From the NCBI GenBank assembly GCA_049599475.1, contig JBMYOQ010000065.1, forward strand, positions 1 to 23,477: a stretch of 23,477 nucleotides of DNA. The letters are read 5' to 3'. The notes beneath the pieces were generated by a model that saw nothing but the letters and a program-made list of their open reading frames with translations, did not search any database and was not told where the DNA came from. The stretch is from Opitutales bacterium. GTDB lineage: Bacteria; Verrucomicrobiota; Verrucomicrobiia; Opitutales; JABSRG01. Positions 1-10,323 of this stretch are shown here, piece after piece. The stretch's first letter is position 1; each line of letters opens with the position of its first letter. A program made the translations under genes and the position numbers.

Positions 1-53
1 AATGGTGCACTTTCACCCGCAAATTACTGGTGCATTTTAACCGCAAACCGACA
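1..53. mobile_element. Terminus of an IS21-family-like insertion sequence; element body lies off the left edge
   Basis: Reverse complement of 1-53 reads TGTCGGTTTGCGGTTAAAATGCACCAGTAATTTGCGGGTGAAAGTGCACCATT: a 5'-TG start plus two tandem ~20-bp subterminal repeats (4-23, 29-47), typical IS21 end architecture. It matches the end at 23427-23477. The tip could be 55 rather than 53 (TGTGTC also matches). Confidence 0.8.
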
Positions 54-660
54 CAATATTGTGGCGCGCGACATACGGATAAATTTGCGCGTCCCGAAAG
101 GTTTCCGAGCTGTCGGTATTCCCGGATATCCAGAGGTGCGCTTTGATGATGGCGAAGCAGTACTCAAACTGGGTGAACTCTATGCGGAAGAACGACGCGT
201 ATTCCTGATCCATTGTGTGGTGGATGACCTTGAGTTAGCTCCGGATAAGGCCGCGGAGTTATTATTTGTTGAGGCGAGCTATGATGACGAAATAAACAAA
301 GGAAATGGCCATTGGGTGGGCGCACAGTTTGTGGAATTCACCGAGTCTGAAAAATTGTCCATTGATTCGATAAACGATGAAGTGGGTCGAGATTTTGCTC
401 GCACTCAAAATCTTGAGGTGCGCCAGCAGGCCCTGGTGCTCGCAGATCAGGGGCGCGCCGATGAGGCTGTTGCGCTTTTGAACGGGCAGATCCAACTGAA
501 TGTTAAATTATCTGCGAGATACAATGATCAGTCCTTGGCGGTCGAAGCAGAGGAAATGGAGGATATCGCCGATGAGCTCGAGCAAAGAGGGAATATGTCC
601 AGCAACTCTCGAAAGAGTTTTCAATTCAAGAACTATCTACAGAAGAAGAGCCGTTACTAA
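54..660 (+). pseudogene. 3' remnant of a vWA-domain (YfbK-like) protein gene, interrupted by the IS
   Basis: The frame is open from the IS junction. The sequence (VARDIRINLRVP...LKLGELYAEERRVFL...helical C-terminus) resembles the region that follows the vWA domain in YfbK-type proteins. No vWA/MIDAS domain or signal peptide is present in the window. Confidence 0.6.
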
Positions 661-665
661 AATAG

Positions 666-1436
666 ATGTCTATTATGAAGTACTTAGTAAAAGACTACAG
701 AGCATGCATCCTCTTTATTTGTCTGTTTCTGTCGCCTGCCTACCTTTTCGCAGAAAATCGCAGCGCGAATATTTCAGTGAAAGGAGATGCCGTGGTATAT
801 GTTGAGCCCGATGAAGTCGTGATTGAATTGGGAATACAGACACGCAATGAAGGCGTCCTCCTAGCTCAAAAAGAAAATAAAGAGATTCACTCTCGGGTGA
901 TTGAAGTGGCACTCAATAACGGAGTGCTTAAGAAAAACCTGAAAACGGAACATTTAAATATAGAGCCGCGCTGGGATAATAATTATAAGCACGAGAAGTT
1001 CCTTGGATATTGGGTGCGAAATAGTATTTCGATCATCCTTACAGATTTGGAGAAATATGAAGTTTTGATGACTTCTCTCCTTAAGGCAGGGGTTACGCAC
1101 ATCCATCATGTAGAATTTCGAACTACGGAATTTAAGAAGCACCGGGAGCGTGCTCGTGAAATGGCTGTTGAAGCTGCTCGGGAGAAAGCAGAGAAAATGG
1201 CGGATACCTTGGGGTACCGTGTGCTGAGGCCAACCAGTCTCCATGAATCGGGTTTTAATTCCGTCTACAATTCGGGCCGATGGGGGCGTTCGGGTGGATA
1301 TGGCGCCTATCAGAATTCAGTACAGGTTCTGAGTGGCTCAATGGGGGCAGACCTGCATTCAATTACTCTCGGAAAAATCGGTATACATGGCTCCGTGAGT
1401 GCTGGATTCGAGGTGGAGTATTTGGGCGATGGCTGA
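666..1436 (+). CDS. SIMPL (DUF541/YggE-like) periplasmic protein
   Basis: Signal peptide followed by ISVKGDAVVYVEPD...G(I)QT, GYWVRNSISI and AREMAVEAAREKAEKMA motifs characteristic of SIMPL. Alternative start at 675. Confidence 0.88.
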   Translation: MSIMKYLVKDYRACILFICLFLSPAYLFAENRSANISVKGDAVVYVEPDEVVIELGIQTRNEGVLLAQKENKEIHSRVIEVALNNGVLKKNLKTEHLNIEPRWDNNYKHEKFLGYWVRNSISIILTDLEKYEVLMTSLLKAGVTHIHHVEFRTTEFKKHRERAREMAVEAAREKAEKMADTLGYRVLRPTSLHESGFNSVYNSGRWGRSGGYGAYQNSVQVLSGSMGADLHSITLGKIGIHGSVSAGFEVEYLGDG

Positions 1437-1493
1437 AATGGATGCCGATTCATAGGCAAATAATCTAGCCATAGGTATTTTTTGGAAGTACCT

Positions 1494-3272
1494 ATGGCAC
1501 CTGCGATGAAGACGACCTCAAAGATTTTCGTGATTTCGATCCTTGTCCCAGCAGTGGTCTTGGGATGGATCGCATTTCGAGCCGCGTTGCGCCAGGGAGA
1601 GGTCATCGTGCGCCAAGAGGCTCAGATCAGGCAGAATCAGGTGGATCAGTTTGCTTTCGATATCAATGAGCGCGTATTGCAACGCGTTATCGCGATTGAG
1701 GATACATTGGATTCTGCGTTGCAGGGTAGAGATGCATGGTCATTCGCACGTCTGTTAAATGATTGGAGTGGACCGGATGATGTCTTGTTTGGTGACGGAG
1801 TGGCGTTTGCCTTGGATTTAAGAGGGCGCATGTTGTCACCAGTACCCGGCTATGGTGCGGCGGAATCCGTCGAATCAGACTTTTATCAGAGCCATCATGA
1901 CTTTTTAATAGGTCGTGCTGCAGCTGAGGTATACCGGGGCTTTGATCCCGAACCGCAGCCCCAAGCTAGTAAATCTTTCAATCGGAAATCTCTCAGAAAT
2001 GTAATTCCTGCGCAGAATTTAGCCGTTGAAAATTCGTTACAATTACCCACTGAGCTCAGCGCAGAAAGATCCAAATTTGCCGAACTCATCGAAGGGAGAA
2101 GTAGTGGGGTGCTCGCTCGTTTTGTTCAGGATCGGTTAAACCTGCTACTATGGGTGAAGGCGGATACGGCTGAAGATGAACTTGCCAAGGAGAATCTTGT
2201 TTTTGGGTGGAGCTGTTCGCCGAGTGATCTTTTACCGGAATACAGCTTTGATCTCAATGCCAGGGGACAGAAATTTATGTCCCGCCTCAGTAGCCGAGAA
2301 CCTACTCCATCCAATGTGTGTTTTGCCATCTTAGATGATAAGGGAGATGTCTATATGCAGTCTATCGAGGATGTGGACATGGACTGGCAACGCCCCTTTG
2401 TCGCAGCGGAGATCGGACAGGTGTTTCCCCATTGGGAGGTCGCCGCGTATCTTGTCGATCCTGGAGTTTTGGATGAGTCCGCGCGCTTAGTTCGGCTCTC
2501 ATTGTTCGCGACGATCGCAATTTCTTTTGGGGTAATGTTGATTGGGTGCGTCCTTGTGTTTGTCGATATGAGGAAACAGGCAGATCTCGCTCAGAAAAAG
2601 ACGGATTTTGTGTCCAATGTATCTCACGAGCTAAAGACGCCTCTTACCTCGATTCGCATGTTCGCTGAGCTGCTCAAGAACGGTGCAAACAAAGACCCTG
2701 AAAAGAGCGATAAATTTCTGAATATCATTGTCGCCGACTCCGAACGCCTCACGCGGCTTATCAATAATGTATTGGATTTCTCAAAGATGGATCGCGGGAA
2801 AAAGCAGTATCGAATGGAAGACTTTGACCTCATCGATCTTCTCGAAGAAATCTGGCAGACGCATGGGATGCATTTACGGAATAAGGGCTATGAGGCGAAT
2901 TTTGAGACCGAACTGGATACTTGGAATCTGCATGGAGATCGAGATGCGATTGCTCAAGTAGTCGTGAACTTGTTATCCAATGCGGAGAAATACTCTGATG
3001 AGGTTAAAGATGTCTCGATGGCTGTGGCATTACAAGGAAAGCATATTTGTATTCAAATTTTGGATCGTGGCATTGGAATCCCTGCGGGAAGCGAGCATAA
3101 GATTTTTGAACAGTTTTATCGAGCGCACGACTCGCTCTCTAGTGGTATTCAGGGTTCCGGTTTGGGCCTGACGCTGGCTAAGCAGATTATCACTGAGCAC
3201 GGAGGGCGCATCGAATACAGCAAGCGTGATGGCGGCGGGAGTGAGTTCGCAATATACCTGCCTACAGAATAA
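1494..3272 (+). CDS. Membrane sensor histidine kinase (HisKA + HATPase_c) with a large extracytoplasmic domain
   Basis: Two TM segments flank ~300 aa. H-box SHELKTPLT, N-box NLLSNAEKY, G1 DRGIGI, G2 GSGLGL. Start uncertain (1482/1494/1506). Confidence 0.93.
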   Translation: MAPAMKTTSKIFVISILVPAVVLGWIAFRAALRQGEVIVRQEAQIRQNQVDQFAFDINERVLQRVIAIEDTLDSALQGRDAWSFARLLNDWSGPDDVLFGDGVAFALDLRGRMLSPVPGYGAAESVESDFYQSHHDFLIGRAAAEVYRGFDPEPQPQASKSFNRKSLRNVIPAQNLAVENSLQLPTELSAERSKFAELIEGRSSGVLARFVQDRLNLLLWVKADTAEDELAKENLVFGWSCSPSDLLPEYSFDLNARGQKFMSRLSSREPTPSNVCFAILDDKGDVYMQSIEDVDMDWQRPFVAAEIGQVFPHWEVAAYLVDPGVLDESARLVRLSLFATIAISFGVMLIGCVLVFVDMRKQADLAQKKTDFVSNVSHELKTPLTSIRMFAELLKNGANKDPEKSDKFLNIIVADSERLTRLINNVLDFSKMDRGKKQYRMEDFDLIDLLEEIWQTHGMHLRNKGYEANFETELDTWNLHGDRDAIAQVVVNLLSNAEKYSDEVKDVSMAVALQGKHICIQILDRGIGIPAGSEHKIFEQFYRAHDSLSSGIQGSGLGLTLAKQIITEHGGRIEYSKRDGGGSEFAIYLPTE

Positions 3273-3273
3273 C

Positions 3274-3993
3274 ATGAAAAAGCATATACTCATTGTAGAG
3301 GACGATAGCCATATTCGTCTGGGTCTGTGTGAGGCATTGACCCAGGAGAATTATGAGGTGAGTGAGACCGGGATGGGGAATGAGGTATTGACTCTGGTGC
3401 GTGCGCGCAAACCGGACCTCGTCTTGCTCGACATTATGTTGCCTGGTAAAAATGGATACGAAATTTGTAAGGAGCTCCGAGAGCAGGGCTTTCGTATCCC
3501 AGTGATTATGACGACCGCCAAAGGGCAAGAGATTGACCGTGTTTTAGGTTTAGAGATCGGAGCAGACGACTACGTGACGAAACCGTTCAGCGTGCGCGAA
3601 CTGGTAGCTCGTGTTAAAGCCCAGCTTCGGCGCACCGATTACATAAACCAGGCCGATGCCCCTCAAGAGCACGCCCTCCCAGAGAAAATAGAAATTGGAG
3701 CATTTTCGATTACCGTCGCGAGTCAAAGAGGGCAGTGGATCGACGACGCTTCTAAGAAACCCGTTGAATTGACCATTCGTGAGCTCAACTTGCTATTACT
3801 CCTATGCCGTAAGCGAGGCGATGTCGTTAGCCGGGAGCACATTTTCGATAAAGTCTGGGGTATGGACTATTTGGGCACAACTCGTACCCTCGATCAATTG
3901 GTCGTAAAGCTGCGCCAGAAAATAGAGAAGAACCCATCTAAGCCACAGTATCTGGTCACGGTGCATGGTGTCGGGTATCGGCTGGAGCAATAG
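3274..3993 (+). CDS. OmpR/PhoB-family DNA-binding response regulator
   Basis: ILIVEDD, LLDIMLPG, GADDYVTKPF and C-terminal TVHGVGYRL motifs. The ATG at 3274 follows the kinase stop by 1 nt and is preferred over 3226. Confidence 0.95.
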   Translation: MKKHILIVEDDSHIRLGLCEALTQENYEVSETGMGNEVLTLVRARKPDLVLLDIMLPGKNGYEICKELREQGFRIPVIMTTAKGQEIDRVLGLEIGADDYVTKPFSVRELVARVKAQLRRTDYINQADAPQEHALPEKIEIGAFSITVASQRGQWIDDASKKPVELTIRELNLLLLLCRKRGDVVSREHIFDKVWGMDYLGTTRTLDQLVVKLRQKIEKNPSKPQYLVTVHGVGYRLEQ

Positions 3994-4043
3994 ATGGGGA
4001 GGCCGCCTTCAGAGACATACCTTAAATAAACTATTCTACAAGC

Positions 4044-4287
4044 AAGGGCGAACCGTCTCGGTGAGCTGATCGAGGGGTCAGCTAAGGCTTAAATATTTCT
4101 CAAAAATGCATTCGCTTATTCTTACCAATGCTTGTTGTAGCCGCAGCACTCTGCTGTGGCGCCAGCACTTAAGCAGACTCGAGTGCGCGGCAGCAGAGTG
4201 CCGCGGCTACAACCCTTTAAAACGTGAGTTTACGAAATTACTTTTGAGAAACCTTATAAATGTTGCTCACCGGAACGGTTCGCCCTT
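4044..4287. repeat. Outer REP-like inverted repeat pair (REPIN-like)
   Basis: 4044-4066 AAGGGCGAACCGTCTCGGTGAGC versus the reverse complement of 4265-4287, AAGGGCGAACCGTTCCGGTGAGC (21/23). Confidence 0.75.
4134..4213. repeat. Inner GTAG-type REP inverted pair
   Basis: 4134-4156 GTTGTAGCCGCAGCACTCTGCTG versus the reverse complement of 4191-4213, GTTGTAGCCGCGGCACTCTGCTG (22/23). The GTAG tetranucleotide is followed by an internal palindrome. Confidence 0.8.
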
Positions 4288-4317
4288 CCATCGTATCAAT
4301 CGAGACTACTGATTCAC

Positions 4318-4352
4318 AAAAAAACCGGGCCCCAAAAAGGAGCCCGGTTTCT
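4318..4352 (-). terminator. Rho-independent terminator of eno
   Basis: Minus strand AAACCGGGCTCC-TTTTT-GGGGCCCGGTTTTTTT: GC-rich stem then a U-tract, about 25 nt after the eno stop. Confidence 0.85.
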
Positions 4353-4376
4353 TGTGTAATTAAAATGAATTACAAA

Positions 4377-5726
<1,350 letters not shown>

Positions 5727-5792
5727 CTAATATGTCAAAGCAGGATTGAGAAAACGTGCTAATATTCACCCGATTATCACCTTAGTGTGGGA

Positions 5793-7376
5793 TTATCTGT
5801 CTTTTAGCGGGTGAAATGTGAGAATATTGCCAATATCCTCTTTGGCCTGTGGCCAGGCTTCCTGAAAATTCTGAGGCCCCGTCATGATGAGTTGAAAGGA
5901 CGTTCGATTGCGAATGCGCTCACCTTCTAAAACATTTTTGAGGCGACCCGCAGCACCTACGACTTCGACTGGGGCAGGCTCTAGATCGCTGTCCCAGACG
6001 CCAAAGAAGACGATGCGCGGGATGACGCGGCCTCCGGGAAGGGCCAGCTCGAAGTGATAGCCTTTGAGGCTGATGTTTCCGTGCTCAGTGGGCAGTTGGA
6101 AAGTCCTAGGTTCGCCGATCAGGGTGTGGCCTACGCTGGGTAGGCAGACTTCAGGGCTGTGCACCCCGGCAAACGACGAAATGCGCCCAGCGTCCCAGCG
6201 GAAGAAATATGCGACGGTGCTCGGGCCATCGGGATGTCGCCATTTTGCGAGTTCTCCCTCCGTATAGCGCAAAATTGCCCGCTGCGTCGACGGGATCTCA
6301 GCAAAGACTACCTCAGTTTTCAGAGATTCCCATTCCGTTTGAGTCACCAGGGCATCTTTCTTTTGCATTTCCTGACTCCAATACCAGGTGTGTGCTGCGA
6401 TTCGAGATAGTGGCAGGAATGCAATAGCTGCCCAGACCCATGCCGATGCTTTGGGAATCACCGTGGCTACCTTGAAAGGAGGTTGGGTGTGTTTGGGGTC
6501 GGGTTTCCAGCGGCTGAAAGTCGCTTTTATGATCAATGCTGTTCCCAATAGGAGGAGGAATGCATTCAAAGTGCTAACCCAGCCCGAGTTGTCGTGGAAA
6601 AAATCGAAATCCCCGGTGCCGAGGTGGTGGATCGTATGGGTCAGGGTGATTGTCCGGCCGATATTTACAATGAACGCAACGACAGGCGCGATCCCCAGAA
6701 GGAGTATACGCTGGATTGGTGAAAACCGATAATACTCCCCGAAGAACCAGGCGGCCATCAGTGATGACTGAAAGGAGCGCACCCCACTGCAGGCTTCTTC
6801 CACTCCGACAAAGGCATCGGGCAGGGCGATGATTTGCCCTTGTTGCAGTGCGGGAATGTCCATCCAATTGACGCAGCTTACGGTCGAAAATGTCACCCAC
6901 TCCATCAGCGTTTGTGTCAATGTGCGCTCAATACCCGAAGGCCAGGGCAACGCGAAGATCATGAGCAGACTTGCTGGCAAGATTCTCCGAGTCTGCATGG
7001 GCCCGTAAAGATTACACAGAATCGCAAATGAAGCGGCCGTCGCAACAAGCCAATAGAGCCAGTATACAGCTCGCCAATCAGGGTTGGACAGACGAATGAG
7101 GTGTATCGGCAAAATAGTGACGAGGCAGGCCCCCAGTATCCAGAGCAGGTAGGGGCGCTTAATCGCGGTGAGCTGCAGGGGGATGCGTCCGAGCCGCCGA
7201 TAGGCTAAGAACGCTACAAGGAAAGGCACCAGGTATCCAAACTCGTAGACCGGATTCAAATTCCACTCCACATGAAGGATATCTACGAAATCGACCCATA
7301 TCGCGGCACCCAATGCCAAGAACCCAATCTCGTAGAGACTGCGGCGTTCTTTTTGGGGTGTATCGGGAGTTGGCAT
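5793..7376 (-). CDS. Exosortase family protein with a C-terminal EpsI/DUF3485-like extracytoplasmic domain
   Basis: Multi-TM protein with Y..GYLVP N-terminal motif, catalytic-type Cys (VEEACSGVRS), Arg (VNIGR) and His (FHD), and C-terminal HSPEVCL typical of EpsI-like domains. Confidence 0.9.
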   Translation of the reverse strand: MPTPDTPQKERRSLYEIGFLALGAAIWVDFVDILHVEWNLNPVYEFGYLVPFLVAFLAYRRLGRIPLQLTAIKRPYLLWILGACLVTILPIHLIRLSNPDWRAVYWLYWLVATAASFAILCNLYGPMQTRRILPASLLMIFALPWPSGIERTLTQTLMEWVTFSTVSCVNWMDIPALQQGQIIALPDAFVGVEEACSGVRSFQSSLMAAWFFGEYYRFSPIQRILLLGIAPVVAFIVNIGRTITLTHTIHHLGTGDFDFFHDNSGWVSTLNAFLLLLGTALIIKATFSRWKPDPKHTQPPFKVATVIPKASAWVWAAIAFLPLSRIAAHTWYWSQEMQKKDALVTQTEWESLKTEVVFAEIPSTQRAILRYTEGELAKWRHPDGPSTVAYFFRWDAGRISSFAGVHSPEVCLPSVGHTLIGEPRTFQLPTEHGNISLKGYHFELALPGGRVIPRIVFFGVWDSDLEPAPVEVVGAAGRLKNVLEGERIRNRTSFQLIMTGPQNFQEAWPQAKEDIGNILTFHPLKDR

Positions 7377-7488
7377 AAATTTGGCCGGAACTGTGAGAAC
7401 AAAATTGTCTCGAAGCTAGAGGTGAGAATAAGTTCTCACTGGTTTAGTCGGAATCAAATTTGACGATTAAATAGCTTTATTACTCGAG

Positions 7489-9183
7489 ATGAGAAAAATC
7501 CACGAAGCCTATGAAAAGCTGCAGAACCCCTGGTATCGCGATTGGCGTTACCTGCTTGCGGTATCATTGGGCCTCTTGGTCCTAGGCATTGGGGGGTATG
7601 CGGGCTTCCAATTAATCTCCGAGAAGAATCGAGAGCAAACTTTAGATCACATTGATGAAGCCTTCAGCCAAAACGACCTCTCCAGCGTTTATCGTACACT
7701 GAATCTCGCTCGGAAGGGTGATGCTACTGATGAAGGGCTGAAAGTTCAGCATGCACGTTTTCTTTCGAGGGTACAGCCACGAGCTGCAGTGGAGGCTTGG
7801 CGGGACGTTGTCCAGAGCTCCCAGGAGCCAGAGCACGCGGTGGCCTTTGTGTTGGCAGCGATCAATGTGAAAGATTTTGAAGCCGCGCAATTTGGGGTGA
7901 CTTCTTTGAAAAAATACCCGGATGCCGAATCTGCGTATCGACGAGCTGCATTCGTTTTGGCCTTTGCTGAGGGACGAGACCCTGATGCATTTGAGCATAT
8001 CGAGGTATTGAAGCAGTTGGAGCCGGACAATATTCAGTATAAAATAGAACATGCTCGAATCGGCGTGCGATCCCCGGATGATGCTTTGCGAGCGGCTTCA
8101 GAATCGTTCCTCTGGGAAATTGCCGATGAGCAGGTCAATTGGAGTTCAGTATCTCTCAAAGGCTTGGCAAACAGCTTTATCGAACGCAACGAGCCCAATA
8201 ATCTCATGCGAGTGCTCGAACGAGCGCGCGATATCGAGGCGGGCACCCAGGTGGGGAGTTTGCTCTGGGCAATCGAGGCCGAACAGCGGATGTGGGGCGA
8301 TGTCCCCGTGGATAATGTTCGAGATGTTTGGGACATTTCGATCAGCGCAGGTGAGCAGGAAATATGGCTCAAGTTGGTGACATGGATGAATACCTTTGGC
8401 TTTGCGAATCAGGTATTGGACTGGGGGACTGAGCGGCCCTCAAAGTCTGTTTGGATGTTTCCCTCCGGCTATTTGTTGGCGCGTTCTGCCCTTCAGACCG
8501 ACCAGGCGAGCCGGGTGACTGAGGGCTTGAGAAATGCAAATTGGGGCGATCGCGATTTTCTCCGGCTGTTAATGTTGTCTCTGCTCACAGAGCGTGGAAA
8601 CAGTAGGACGTTTTGGCTCGATCAGGCCTATCAGGCGGCTGATTCCTCGGTAAGAGGTGGGGGGCGGATGCTCATGCCTTTATTGTGGGAATGGGGCTGG
8701 CTGGAAGCGGAGGTCTTGGTGATGTCTCGGGTTTTGGAGAAGATCCCAGTTGCGCCTGCTGCCTTACGAGGACTCTTTCAGCGCATTGAAGACGCTGGAG
8801 ATTTGACACTCATGTATCAGCTTAGCCGTGCTCTTTTGAAACAGTTTCCAGACCAACCAGCTCTTATGAACAACGCGGCCTACTACGCAGCAATTCTGAA
8901 TCGAGATATGGATGCCGCATTGGGCTGGGCGCAGGCAGCGGCAGATTTACACCCAGACGCCACTGAATTCTTGTCGACCGTTGCCCTGATTCATGCAGCG
9001 AATGGCGACCTGGAGAAGGCTCAGGAAATTTTGAAAACCCTCGACGATTCAGCAGCGCTTATGGCTCGTCTAGTGACCTCCTCTCAGCTTGGGCAAAATA
9101 CCGCGCAATGGACAGGCTTGATACTGAATTCTCAGTCTTTGATGGCACAGGAGAAAGAATTTGTTAAACGGTGGGGCGGATAG
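7489..9183 (+). CDS. Membrane-anchored TPR/helical-repeat protein
   Basis: N-terminal TM helix (YLLAVSLGLLVLGIGGYAGF) and TPR-like segments (LKQLEPDN, FPDQPALMNNAAY, PDATEFLSTVALIHAANGD). Divergent from the exosortase across a 112-bp gap. Confidence 0.75.
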   Translation: MRKIHEAYEKLQNPWYRDWRYLLAVSLGLLVLGIGGYAGFQLISEKNREQTLDHIDEAFSQNDLSSVYRTLNLARKGDATDEGLKVQHARFLSRVQPRAAVEAWRDVVQSSQEPEHAVAFVLAAINVKDFEAAQFGVTSLKKYPDAESAYRRAAFVLAFAEGRDPDAFEHIEVLKQLEPDNIQYKIEHARIGVRSPDDALRAASESFLWEIADEQVNWSSVSLKGLANSFIERNEPNNLMRVLERARDIEAGTQVGSLLWAIEAEQRMWGDVPVDNVRDVWDISISAGEQEIWLKLVTWMNTFGFANQVLDWGTERPSKSVWMFPSGYLLARSALQTDQASRVTEGLRNANWGDRDFLRLLMLSLLTERGNSRTFWLDQAYQAADSSVRGGGRMLMPLLWEWGWLEAEVLVMSRVLEKIPVAPAALRGLFQRIEDAGDLTLMYQLSRALLKQFPDQPALMNNAAYYAAILNRDMDAALGWAQAAADLHPDATEFLSTVALIHAANGDLEKAQEILKTLDDSAALMARLVTSSQLGQNTAQWTGLILNSQSLMAQEKEFVKRWGG

Positions 9184-9268
9184 GGCGCTAGCTTGTTGAC
9201 TAGTTGATCAAATTTCACTTATGCCCTATCTAGATCGTGCCGTTAATTATCAGCTTGCCCGTGCCCGA

Positions 9269-10192
9269 ATGTTGAATCACCGCCACATTGTTCTATCAAT
9301 CATTGTTATTCTGCTTGGCAGCCTTGCTCACGCAGAGACTGTTTCTTGGTGGCGATTTGAAGCGGGTGAGGACACGGACCCTGATGCAAATGGGTTTTCG
9401 AACCCGAACGAAGTGGCTGGAGAGTCCGCGTTGGTTTCGGAGGGTGCTGTAATTGGCACGCAGACGCCTGACCTGTTCGATACGATTGTCCCGGGCCCAG
9501 AAGTATCTAATACGGGTAGCGTGCGCTCATCTGTTAACGGTAGCGGTGGCGATGGAATTTTCGGAACCGCAGATTACTCCAGTAGTTTGAATGTAGATTC
9601 GATCACTGTCGAATTCTGGGTGAGGACAACCGAAAGCGACGCTGGGTTTGTGGCTCGAACAACAGATGCAAATGCTGCTGGTGAACAGGGCTCAATTACA
9701 GACGGATTCAGGATTGTAGATCCGAACAGTGTGAAAGTTGATTTTTGGACGAGCGAGTATTTTGAGTTTTTCAATACAGACGTTTATTTTGGGACCCAGA
9801 CCGAAACTACGATTGACTCCGGAATTTCGATCAATGATGGGGATTGGCACTATATTGCCTTTAGTTACGATTCTGCCACGGGCCGAGCGCGGCTTATTGT
9901 GGATTTCAATGTTACAGAGATTGATTTGTCGGATAATCGAGCAATGTATTGGGGAGGTTCGTTCGCTGGTGATGTGGAGCCGGACGTCACTGTCGGATAT
10001 CGCCTCGACGGTAATCCAAATAACCAGACCGGAACTCTCGACGAAATCAGGTTTACGGACCAGTTCGAGGAAGAGCAGGATCTCTTGTCTCCAATCCCCG
10101 AACCTGGAACGTTCATTGCCGGGCTACTCCTTTGTGGGTTTGCGCTGATTAGGCCCTTGCGAGTGTATATCGGCAGATTGCAAAGTATTTGA
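9269..10192 (+). CDS. PEP-CTERM sorting-domain protein with LamG/concanavalin-like domain (paralog 1)
   Basis: Signal peptide (AHA-E); WWRFE, ITVEFWVRT, NDGDWHYIA and GTLDEIR LamG motifs; C-terminal IPEP + TM helix + basic residues. Start 9269 preferred over 9221. Confidence 0.9.
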   Translation: MLNHRHIVLSIIVILLGSLAHAETVSWWRFEAGEDTDPDANGFSNPNEVAGESALVSEGAVIGTQTPDLFDTIVPGPEVSNTGSVRSSVNGSGGDGIFGTADYSSSLNVDSITVEFWVRTTESDAGFVARTTDANAAGEQGSITDGFRIVDPNSVKVDFWTSEYFEFFNTDVYFGTQTETTIDSGISINDGDWHYIAFSYDSATGRARLIVDFNVTEIDLSDNRAMYWGGSFAGDVEPDVTVGYRLDGNPNNQTGTLDEIRFTDQFEEEQDLLSPIPEPGTFIAGLLLCGFALIRPLRVYIGRLQSI

Positions 10193-10323
10193 TAACTTTG
10201 TATCGTAAATAACTGTAAAGCAACAGCTTCTGAGAGCTTGTTGGGTTAAGAATTCGATGTTACTGGCGATTTAAGCCTATACGTGTATATTTTAGGATTC
10301 GCTTCAGCCTCTCGGTTTTGTCG

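Noticed and set aside
4106..4312. 68-aa ORF in the regulator-eno gap
   Set aside because: Runs through REP palindromes with no protein-like features.
10264..10278. Sigma-54 promoter upstream of PEP-CTERM paralog 2
   Set aside because: TGGCGATTTAAGCC has the wrong GG-to-GC spacing for a -24/-12 element.
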